Virus record (IMG/VR): IMGVR_UViG_3300046007_005029 | Coordinates: 1-31,722 of that record | Direction: 5' to 3' (one strand) | Length of the DNA: 31,722 nt | DNA from: a virus | Lineage: Duplodnaviria; Caudoviricetes | Shown: positions 17,009 through 23,465 of the stretch, piece by piece | Position numbering within the stretch: position 1 is the first letter of the stretch | Layout: the number at the start of each line of letters is the position of its first letter | Program-made: the position numbers and the translations under genes | Notes under the pieces: generated by a model | What the model saw: the letters and a program-made list of their open reading frames with translations, nothing else | Database searches by the model: none | What the model was told of the DNA's origin: nothing

Positions 17009-17113
17009 TTACTCCCATGTAAACGCAATAAATGCAGCAACTGCTAGGCCAAGGATAGATCCCGCGCCAATCAATATGCCGCTAACTAAAATGATGGCAG
17101 TGAATGTATCCAC
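17009..17113 (-). CDS. Small single-pass membrane peptide (34 aa), not in the ORF track
   Basis: MDTFTAIILVSGILIGAGSILGLAVAAFIAFTWE; TAGTG coupling to the upstream ORF; fills the gap exactly. Confidence 0.6.
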   Translation of the reverse strand: MDTFTAIILVSGILIGAGSILGLAVAAFIAFTWE

Positions 17114-17319
17114 TAGTCCCCCATTCTTCCTTTGATCAGGTCAATCATTTCGCTGTACGCCGCCTTGCTTTGCTCATGCGTACGCGCCCAGACCATCTCG
17201 TGGGCTGCTTGGTAAACACGATCAAGGCGACGCAGTAACGCTGCTGCCTCGTTGTCACGCTGCTCCCGAGCGCGGTCTTCCAAGTAGTCGGCTAACTCCT
17301 CTGCTGTACTTTTAATCAC
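17113..17319 (-). CDS. Hypothetical protein
   Basis: 68 aa helical; GAGGAG RBS; GTGA overlap. Confidence 0.65.
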   Translation of the reverse strand: MIKSTAEELADYLEDRAREQRDNEAAALLRRLDRVYQAAHEMVWARTHEQSKAAYSEMIDLIKGRMGD

Positions 17320-17513
17320 AGTGTGGACTCCTCTCGTGTGTTGATAGACAACCTCGCCACGTCAAACAGGAAGCCATTATCAGCAGCCACCTGCTCTAAC
17401 GTCCTCTCCAGCGCCCTAGAAACATTCAACGCAGTTTCACCAGAAAGCGGCTCAGAAGCGCGGAACGCTAGTCTAGCGGTAAACAATAGGTCTGCCTCGT
17501 AAAAACTCTCCAT
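17316..17513 (-). CDS. Hypothetical protein
   Basis: 65 aa; AGGAGG RBS. Confidence 0.6.
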   Translation of the reverse strand: MESFYEADLLFTARLAFRASEPLSGETALNVSRALERTLEQVAADNGFLFDVARLSINTREESTL

Positions 17514-17524
17514 ACGCCCTCCTG

Positions 17525-17773
17525 TTAGGTCTTAGCCATGATTCGTGTTGCTATGTCATCCGCGGGATACTCCACGTCCCGCAGCTGGTGGCAGATCATT
17601 GCCGCCCGCTCCCGCTCCTGCTCCTTCACCAGGGTGGCGAACTGCCACAGGCTAGCCAGATCACCCTCCATCCCCTCATCGGTATGCACGAACTCTTTGC
17701 CCGTCCACTCATGCCTAACCCACGGCAAGATGCCCGCACGCTCGGCCAATCTCAAAAGCTCTTCTCGTTCCAT
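17525..17773 (-). CDS. Hypothetical phage protein
   Basis: 82 aa; GGAGGAG RBS; M.REE..RLA..AG...L..FA.LV...ERE..A.IC pattern common in small phage proteins. Confidence 0.7.
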   Translation of the reverse strand: MEREELLRLAERAGILPWVRHEWTGKEFVHTDEGMEGDLASLWQFATLVKEQERERAAMICHQLRDVEYPADDIATRIMAKT

Positions 17774-17860
17774 TTACTCCTCCCTGTGTGTACAACACTT
17801 GCAATGCTAGCGGAACAGAGTGTTGCGTCTAATTGTAAATTTTTATCAGGAAAAAAAAGT

Positions 17861-18170
17861 TGATAGCCCACAAAGTAAATAGGCATAGGGTCCCCATGGG
17901 TGATAGCCCGAGCCAAATGCGAAGCACACTTGATGGGGTATCACTCCTGCCCAGAGTAGCTTGTGATGCTAGCTACTCCTAGCTGCTGGAACTTGTCTGT
18001 TGTCAGACTTGCTACAGCTCCCAGAAGGCAGCGATTATCTCGATGGGGAAGATGTCTATCACCACTGGCTTCCCCCTCTTGTGCAGTCCCTCACTGACAG
18101 GCTGCGTGGCTAGTAGGCGGGTGAGACCTCTGCCAGTGTTTCTCGGGTTCAGCCCATGCAGGCCATTAGC
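17861..18170 (-). ncRNA. Candidate ~300 nt structured non-coding element (RNA, or ssDNA origin)
   Basis: No ORF in the track; stems at 17954-61/17971-78, 17982-86/18028-32, 17995-99/18004-08, 18045-51/18069-75, 17898-905/17939-46. Strand inferred from flanking transcription and the A8 tract at 17851-17858. Confidence 0.5.
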
Positions 18171-18422
18171 TTACGCGCCCTGACGCTCAGTAGCATTACT
18201 GCTTTCAAAGTGGGCGGTGATGATTTGTTTGGTCTTGTTCGCCGTTTTTTGTGGAAGCACTATTCCCGCATCCATCAAATTTTTAAGACGGCCTAATTCA
18301 GAACAGACTTGATCAACCGACAGCCCAAATTTACGAGCCAGATCTTGCTGTTCTTTAAGCGTCACGGCGTATGTCTTCCGAGTATCGTTGGACATTGGCA
18401 GGAAAAGCTTTTGAGACAACAT
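18171..18422 (-). CDS. Hypothetical protein downstream of the C4-like RNA
   Basis: ATG 18422 has an AGGGG RBS 7 nt upstream; earlier starts run into the terminator. Confidence 0.5.
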   Translation of the reverse strand: MLSQKLFLPMSNDTRKTYAVTLKEQQDLARKFGLSVDQVCSELGRLKNLMDAGIVLPQKTANKTKQIITAHFESSNATERQGA

Positions 18423-18454
18423 GACCTGGCCCCTGAGGAGTGTCATCGGAAAAC

Positions 18455-18568
18455 CAAAAGAAAAAACCCTCAAGGCTTGGCTCTCCGTGTGTCAGGCACG
18501 TCCCCACTGAAGGGGTGAGAACCAAAGCTTGAGGGCTTCGGTGTTTGTCGCCGCCTGACACAGTGACG
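18455..18568 (-). ncRNA. C4/CI-like antisense (immunity-type) RNA with leader target and terminator
   Basis: Outer stem CCCTCAAG 18467-74/CTTGAGGG 18528-35, inner stem, two hairpins (CGTG-tgtcagg-CACG; CCCC-actgaa-GGGG); 18488-97 is complementary to leader 18553-62; U-tract follows. Confidence 0.7.
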
Positions 18569-18573
18569 AGCGC

Positions 18574-18602
18574 AGTGTAGGTCAGGATGAGATGGATTGC
18601 AA
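18574..18602 (-). promoter_or_regulatory. Sigma70 promoter for the C4-like RNA
   Basis: TTGCAA (18602-18597)-17 nt-TACACT (18579-18574). Confidence 0.7.
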
Positions 18603-18649
18603 GTGGCAGCTTAATTACTTTTTTGAAAAGCCGCACTATATATATGTGA

Positions 18650-18733
18650 AACAATAAACCCCGTCTTTCCGGGGTGTCACTACTCGCTACGTCTGACAGG
18701 AAGGGGGAACCTGCCAGCATCCGCTTTCGATAG
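18650..18733 (-). ncRNA. Candidate ~80 nt small RNA with a UUCCCCCUU apical loop
   Basis: Own promoter; CUG-GCAGG/CCUGU-CAG stem closing loop 18701-18709; terminator ACCCCG 18658-63/CGGGGT 18670-75 followed by UUAUUGUUU. Confidence 0.65.
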
Positions 18734-18737
18734 TGAG

Positions 18738-18766
18738 AGTATACAGGAACGGTATATTGCAATCAA
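18738..18766 (-). promoter_or_regulatory. Sigma70 promoter for the ~80 nt sRNA
   Basis: TTGATT (18766-18761)-17 nt-TATACT (18743-18738). Confidence 0.7.
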
Positions 18767-18770
18767 TGGC

Positions 18771-18875
18771 AAAAAAGAGGGCGCCGGATACCGTTACGCC
18801 CTCAAACTCCCACACGGGAGCTGTCGCCGCTGCGAAGAAGCCTAGTCGAGAGAGAGATCGACCAGGCAGCCTCAA
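18771..18875 (-). ncRNA. Candidate ~100 nt small RNA with three hairpins
   Basis: Hairpin 18840-18867 with UCUCUCUC loop, CTCCC/GGGAG hairpin 18807-18820, terminator GAGGGCG 18777-83/CGCCCTC 18797-803 plus U6. Confidence 0.55.
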
Positions 18876-18879
18876 CGCC

Positions 18880-18907
18880 ACAATAGCACACGCATAAAAG
18901 TTGTCCA
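18880..18907 (-). promoter_or_regulatory. Putative promoter for the ~100 nt sRNA
   Basis: TGGACA-16 nt-TATTGT with a TGn extended -10. Confidence 0.45.
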
Positions 18908-18990
18908 CAGCCTAGTATCCATGCGGGTTTTCAGACTGTTCCAGACTATCTTGCACTTTGTAATACATTGTTCCTGTTACAAATTAACTG

Positions 18991-19019
18991 TTGACACGCA
19001 CTAAATACGCCGCTACATT
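18991..19019 (+). promoter_or_regulatory. Sigma70 promoter of the rightward operon
   Basis: TTGACA-17 nt-TACATT, 30 nt before ATG 19050. Confidence 0.8.
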
Positions 19020-19049
19020 TAGGTTGTGGGACATTTATTGGAGATAAAA

Positions 19050-19277
19050 ATGCTGAGTCCAGAACACCAGAAAGTATTGATGACTGCATATGATCGTTAC
19101 AAAGTTTCCAGAGATCCGGACGAACTTAACAAAGCGATTGAGCTGGTTCGGATATTGGCATCAGAGAAGTTCTTTCATGGCGACGATGACCCGCGGCTGA
19201 AAGACCGTGTGTTTTTCAACGAGCCTTACAGCGCACATTGGTCTGGCTCTTACGTCAAAAGATATGGTGCTAAATGA
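19050..19277 (+). CDS. Hypothetical protein
   Basis: Start moved to ATG 19050 (GGAG RBS); first gene of the operon. Confidence 0.65.
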   Translation: MLSPEHQKVLMTAYDRYKVSRDPDELNKAIELVRILASEKFFHGDDDPRLKDRVFFNEPYSAHWSGSYVKRYGAK

Positions 19278-19477
19278 TCGTCGATACCATTAACTACAAA
19301 GCAATATGGGCATGGATCAATGCTGTCTGGGCCAAGTCATTTATCGCTGTCGTTCTCTTCATGCTTGGGCTGTGGATTGGCACCGTGCAAACAGAAAGCC
19401 GGCTTGCTTCTGACTGCAAGTTCGCTGGCGCTTTTCGCGTGGACATTCAGGCCTTCACTTGTCAGAGGAAGCTATGA
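19274..19477 (+). CDS. Small membrane protein
   Basis: One hydrophobic segment, then DCK..G.FR.....F.C; ATGA overlap. Confidence 0.65.
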   Translation: MIVDTINYKAIWAWINAVWAKSFIAVVLFMLGLWIGTVQTESRLASDCKFAGAFRVDIQAFTCQRKL

Positions 19478-19665
19478 CCAAGGATGACATTGCCCGTATT
19501 GCGGAGCAAACCAAAAAATATGCGAAGGTTGATCAGATGGGGATAGTGGCCGTCTTGTCAGAAGACGTAGGCGGCATGACTTACGTGGCGCGGTGGGTGA
19601 GAACAGATTTGATTCAAGACTTTCCTGAAGGCGCGACGTGGGCTGAGATGACGGGGGTGCCATGA
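19474..19665 (+). CDS. Hypothetical protein
   Basis: ATGA overlap at 19474, GAGGA RBS. Confidence 0.6.
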   Translation: MTKDDIARIAEQTKKYAKVDQMGIVAVLSEDVGGMTYVARWVRTDLIQDFPEGATWAEMTGVP

Positions 19666-19859
19666 CTGACAAAGATTGGCACGACATTTGGGAGCAATTC
19701 GATTGGCATTCTTTTGACATAGAAGAAGCGTTCCAAAAAGAAATGGTTGCGAAGCATGGCGATGGACACTATTACATGGATAGTGATGAAGACTGGAAAA
19801 GACAAAAAGCCCTGATACAAAAACTTGTAGAAGCCAAGCTGAGGGAGAAGAACACATGA
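19662..19859 (+). CDS. Hypothetical protein ending EAKLREKNT
   Basis: 65 aa, ATGA overlaps at both ends. Confidence 0.65.
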   Translation: MTDKDWHDIWEQFDWHSFDIEEAFQKEMVAKHGDGHYYMDSDEDWKRQKALIQKLVEAKLREKNT

Positions 19860-20218
19860 TCACACTAACCCGCGAGGAAGCGCAGCAGGTGCTGGATGCG
19901 TTGCAATGCGCTACCCCGCCGACGTTCAGCACAAAGATGGTAGAGGATTGGCAAAGCGCAGTCGAATTTCTCCGCGCCCGACTCGCGCAGCCTGAACCGG
20001 AGCCGGTGGCAGACAAGTACCTGATGGAAATCGAATGCACAAAGTGCGGAGCAAAGCAGGATGGCATCTTGACCGTCAACGCCCCTCCACAGCGCAAATG
20101 GCAGGGGCTGACGGATGAGGAGATTATGTCGCTGTTGCCCGGTGCAGTCAGGCTGCCGCCGGGATGGTCTGAAACTGTTCGCGCCATCGAAGCCAAGCTG
20201 AAGGAGAAGAACACATGA
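19830..20218 (+). repeat. 30 bp direct repeat (19830-19859 and 20189-20218)
   Basis: GAAGCCAAGCTGAGGGAGAAGAACACATGA versus GAAGCCAAGCTGAAGGAGAAGAACACATGA, one mismatch. Confidence 0.9.
19856..20218 (+). CDS. Mosaic phage protein (QPEPEPVA...WQGLTDEEI...AIEAKLKEKNT type)
   Basis: 120 aa, built of short recurrent phage modules around a CxxC insert. Confidence 0.7.
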   Translation: MITLTREEAQQVLDALQCATPPTFSTKMVEDWQSAVEFLRARLAQPEPEPVADKYLMEIECTKCGAKQDGILTVNAPPQRKWQGLTDEEIMSLLPGAVRLPPGWSETVRAIEAKLKEKNT

Positions 20219-20427
20219 AAGCATTTCCAAACATGACCGGAGAGAAGGGCATGGACTTGCGGGATTACTTTGCGGCAAAGGCAGTTCAGAGTCTGTGGGC
20301 GCTGGGTCCTATGGCTTTTGAAAAACGAGCAAAGAAAGAAAAGAAAACAGAAGAAGAATTGGTTGCAGAGTTAGCGTACTCATTAGCAGACAAGATGATG
20401 AAAGCGAGAGAGCATGAGAGCGCTTAG
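20215..20427 (+). CDS. Conserved phage protein (GMDLRDYFAAKA family)
   Basis: AFP...GM.LRDYFAAKA...AY..AD.MMKAR motif. Confidence 0.75.
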   Translation: MKAFPNMTGEKGMDLRDYFAAKAVQSLWALGPMAFEKRAKKEKKTEEELVAELAYSLADKMMKAREHESA

Positions 20428-20599
20428 CGTTATGTACAACTTCCGAACTGATGAGACCAAGATCACACTCTCCCAAGAGTTCAAAGAGTCTGATTGGATT
20501 TTGAAGTTGGACATTCTGCGAGACGCTATCTACGACTTGGAAGAAATCTACAACGAAACTTACGCGAAAGAAATCGCCAAAGACAAGGGGGAAAAATGA
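20414..20599 (+). CDS. Hypothetical protein
   Basis: 61 aa, overlaps both neighbours. Confidence 0.6.
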   Translation: MRALSVMYNFRTDETKITLSQEFKESDWILKLDILRDAIYDLEEIYNETYAKEIAKDKGEK

Positions 20600-21489
20600 T
20601 ACTGACAAATAAACACGGGCTGCCAGACACTATCGTCAACGTACTGAAGCGCCCACAGTACAGCAAGGGAGACAGCCATGTCTCTGTTACTGAGCTGCTG
20701 TCGCCGCCGCAGATCGTCCAGCTTCGCGCCAAGCATGACGCAGAGATCGAGCAAGACGCTAGCGAGATGGTCTGGTCACTGTTTGGCACCGCTGTCCACA
20801 ACGTCCTCGAGCGTGGCAAGGATGACCACCATATCGTAGAGGAGCGCATCTTTACCGACATGGACGGCTGGCGGATCAGCGGACAGATCGACCTGCAAGA
20901 AATCTACGAAGACGGTATCGCTATCAAAGACTACAAAGTCACATCAGCCTGGGCAGTCCAAGCAGAGAAGGCAGAGTGGCACAACCAGCTGAACATCTAC
21001 GCTTGGTTAGTAGAGAAGGCCAAAGGCGTGGAAGTAAAGAGCCTACAGATCGTGGCCATCATCCGTGACTGGAGCCGGCGCGATGCAGTAACCAAAGATG
21101 GTTACCCGCAGGCCCCTATCGTCACCATCGACATTCCGCTGTGGGAGCCAGAACAACAAGAAGCATTCGTTAAAGAGCGACTCAACAAACACAGCGAGGC
21201 TAGCCTGTCTGTACAAATCGGGCATGAGCTGCCGGAATGTACAGCAGAGGATATGTGGGAGAAGCCCACAACCTACGCCGTCAAGAAGGTTGGCGGTGTA
21301 CGGGCGAAGCGGGTATTCGATTCCCACGAGGAAGCAAAAGTGTTTTTGAAAACTGTAAAGGATCATCAGATTGAGATCAGACATGGTGGCAGAACCAGAT
21401 GCCAAAGCTTCTGCAATGTCAGCCAGTTCTGTTCTCAGCACCAGCAGTACATAGAGCAGTATCAATCAACCTTTGAATCAGGAGAATGA
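20596..21489 (+). CDS. PD-(D/E)XK exonuclease (Cas4/AddB-like) of the recombination module
   Basis: SVTELL, GTAVHNVLE, SGQIDL, IKDYKVT, QLNIYAWL, C-terminal RC..FC....FC; start moved to ATG 20596 (AAGGGGGAA RBS); next to erf. Confidence 0.8.
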   Translation: MILTNKHGLPDTIVNVLKRPQYSKGDSHVSVTELLSPPQIVQLRAKHDAEIEQDASEMVWSLFGTAVHNVLERGKDDHHIVEERIFTDMDGWRISGQIDLQEIYEDGIAIKDYKVTSAWAVQAEKAEWHNQLNIYAWLVEKAKGVEVKSLQIVAIIRDWSRRDAVTKDGYPQAPIVTIDIPLWEPEQQEAFVKERLNKHSEASLSVQIGHELPECTAEDMWEKPTTYAVKKVGGVRAKRVFDSHEEAKVFLKTVKDHQIEIRHGGRTRCQSFCNVSQFCSQHQQYIEQYQSTFESGE

Positions 21490-21490
21490 C

Positions 21491-21640
21491 ATGAAATACC
21501 TAATCGCTGTTTGGGCATTGGCCGCCGCAGGCATGGCATACGCAGGTTGCACCTATAACAACTTCTGTGACAACCGTGGCAACTGCACCTTCTGCACGAC
21601 CTGCTGCTACGGTGGCGTGTGCAATACCACTTGCAACTAA
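21491..21640 (+). CDS. Secreted Cys-rich micro-protein (49 aa), not in the ORF track
   Basis: MKYLIAVWALAAAGMAYA-GCTYNNFCDNRGNCTFCTTCCYGGVCNTTCN; AGGAG RBS; fills the gap between nuclease and erf. Confidence 0.8.
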   Translation: MKYLIAVWALAAAGMAYAGCTYNNFCDNRGNCTFCTTCCYGGVCNTTCN

Positions 21641-21649
21641 GGAGAACGA

Positions 21650-22357
21650 ATGAAAGCAATCGCCGCCGCATTGGTCAAGGCGCAGAGAGAGTTTGGACCA
21701 GCGCTGAAGACCAGCACTAACCCGCACTTCCGTAGCAAGTACGCGTCCTTGGATGCCTGTATTGAGGCAGTCATCGACGCGCTGAACAACAACGGCATCT
21801 ACCTGATGCAGCTGACAGACGAGCATGAAAACGGGGTGAAGGTAGCCACCACCTTTATCCACGAGTCTGGCGAGCAACTATCAGGTGGCACGCTGTTCAT
21901 GCCGGCTACCAAACACGACGCCCAGGGATTTGGTTCGGCTTTGTCTTATGCCCGCAGATACAGCCTGATGGCTGCGTGCGGTATCGCCCCGGAGGATGAC
22001 GATGGCAACCAAGCATCAAAGACAGCGCCAGTTCAAGCGGCTCCTAAAGCAGTACCGAAAGCTCCGCCGGTTGTTCCGAAGCAGATCGCCGGGAAGGACT
22101 CCCCTTGGCAGCTTAAGGCATCCACTGAAGATGAGACGAACCCTGAGGATTGGGTAGTTGCTGTTACTGAAGCCACATCATTTGCGCTTGAGATGGCGCA
22201 GTCAGTCAGTGATGTGAACAACATCTACAAGGTGAACAAGGTGGTCTACGACAAATTGAAGAACGTCGATGGGGTGACATACTCCATGTTGTTGGACCGA
22301 TTCAAAACCATGAAAGAAAAATTTGAGGAGAAAGCAGATGAGTACGTTCCCGAATAG
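21650..22357 (+). CDS. erf: ERF family ssDNA-annealing protein
   Basis: NPHFRSKYASL, HESGE, QGFGSALSYARRYSL.AACGIAPEDDDGN. Confidence 0.9.
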   Translation: MKAIAAALVKAQREFGPALKTSTNPHFRSKYASLDACIEAVIDALNNNGIYLMQLTDEHENGVKVATTFIHESGEQLSGGTLFMPATKHDAQGFGSALSYARRYSLMAACGIAPEDDDGNQASKTAPVQAAPKAVPKAPPVVPKQIAGKDSPWQLKASTEDETNPEDWVVAVTEATSFALEMAQSVSDVNNIYKVNKVVYDKLKNVDGVTYSMLLDRFKTMKEKFEEKADEYVPE

Positions 22358-22628
22358 TGGGCGCCTGAACTACAGCAAGCAGAAGATCAACCAGTCCAGC
22401 CCTGATCTGTACGGGGAGATTGCGATTGATCGCACCCTGCTGCGGCAGATGCTGTCGGAAACAGACGAGGACAACATCGTCATCCGCCTATCTGGCTGGG
22501 AAAAGAACGGCAACTACGGTCCTTGGTTCTCTATCAAGGTAAACACTTGGAAGAAGACCGAAACCATGGAAGCGCCCAAACCAGCAGCGCCACCGCCAGT
22601 AGTAGATGACAGCGACATTCCTTTCTGA
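22338..22628 (+). CDS. Putative single-stranded DNA-binding protein
   Basis: NSG.L....K.....PD..G.I...LSGW pattern and acidic C-terminal DDSDIPF tail; follows erf. Confidence 0.7.
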   Translation: MSTFPNSGRLNYSKQKINQSSPDLYGEIAIDRTLLRQMLSETDEDNIVIRLSGWEKNGNYGPWFSIKVNTWKKTETMEAPKPAAPPPVVDDSDIPF

Positions 22629-22635
22629 GGGTGCC

Positions 22636-22839
22636 ATGAACCACCTGATAGATTACTTAGTGCGGGAATACGATCTCCGTAATGATGCAGCGTTGGCCAA
22701 GACGATAGGCGTTCACCCGCCTACCATCTCAAAGCTGCGTCATGGTGGGATGTCCCTGACGCCGACCGTCATCCTGAAGATTCATGAAGCCTTTGATATG
22801 CCGGTGAAAGAGATCAAGCGGATTGCATATGGCAAATAA
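22636..22839 (+). CDS. XRE-family HTH protein
   Basis: LRNDAALAKTIGVHPPTISKLRHG. Confidence 0.8.
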   Translation: MNHLIDYLVREYDLRNDAALAKTIGVHPPTISKLRHGGMSLTPTVILKIHEAFDMPVKEIKRIAYGK

Positions 22840-23146
22840 ATCCCCGACGCAGCGCAGCCTCGAGTACCTACGGGAGCAGGGCTATCACTGTGAAGTGGTA
22901 GAAAAGTGGAATCCGTGGAGGCGTGTGCGTCAGGATCTCTGGGGATGGTGTGACATCTTGGCCATCCGTAGGGATGAGGTGTTAGCGGTGCAGGTCACGG
23001 CAGCCGGCGTGGCAGCAAGGATCAAGAAGATTCAGGAATCAGACACCATCGCCCGTGTCAGGGAAGCAGGCATCAGAGTGGAAGTCCACGGCTGGACCAA
23101 GCGGGCTAACGGCAAGTATGCATTGAGAGTGGAGGATATATCGTGA
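22829..23146 (+). CDS. Putative Holliday junction resolvase-like PD-(D/E)XK nuclease
   Basis: YLREQGY...DLWGWCDILAI....VLAVQVT...EVHGW. Confidence 0.6.
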   Translation: MANKSPTQRSLEYLREQGYHCEVVEKWNPWRRVRQDLWGWCDILAIRRDEVLAVQVTAAGVAARIKKIQESDTIARVREAGIRVEVHGWTKRANGKYALRVEDIS

Positions 23147-23436
23147 AGGAATTAAGCAGATGCGATAAAAGGTTTTGGGATTGGTTTTCTAGTGCGTACG
23201 CCAAACTTCCAAAGGGTCAAGAGCTTCCCTTAAGCGATGAAGACTTATATGAGTTATGGGTGTCTATGTGGCCGGTGATTTACCACTGCGGCATGACTTA
23301 CGGCCAATCGCTGGCTGATAAAAAAAATAGGCGTTCGATGGGTATTTATGAAATGAAAAGATTGTACGACTTATGTCCAAACAAAACCGGTTATGAGCTT
23401 GGCGTGATGATAGAAAAGTGGCACGGGATAGGATAA
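23143..23436 (+). CDS. Hypothetical protein
   Basis: 97 aa, GGAGG RBS, GTGA overlap, visibly lower GC than its neighbours. Confidence 0.6.
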   Translation: MKELSRCDKRFWDWFSSAYAKLPKGQELPLSDEDLYELWVSMWPVIYHCGMTYGQSLADKKNRRSMGIYEMKRLYDLCPNKTGYELGVMIEKWHGIG

Positions 23437-23465
23437 ATAATGGAAACAATTCAAGAGGATATAAG

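Noticed and set aside
17861-18907. tRNA or known self-cleaving ribozyme in the structured region
   Set aside because: No T-loop/D-loop consensus, and no hammerhead, twister or pistol core recognised by eye; a covariance search is still needed.
18355-18908. ORFs 18355-18762 and 18687-18908 (minus) and 18309-18518 (plus)
   Set aside because: They cross predicted promoters and terminators, lack an RBS and have no recognisable motifs; the RNA-structure reading explains the region better.
19558-20278. 218 aa and 137 aa minus-strand ORFs
   Set aside because: Opposite a chain of translationally coupled plus-strand genes with RBSs; treated as shadows.
20596-21489. Cas4-like nuclease as evidence of a CRISPR system
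   Set aside because: Its context (erf, SSB-like) indicates a phage recombination exonuclease; no array or other cas genes.
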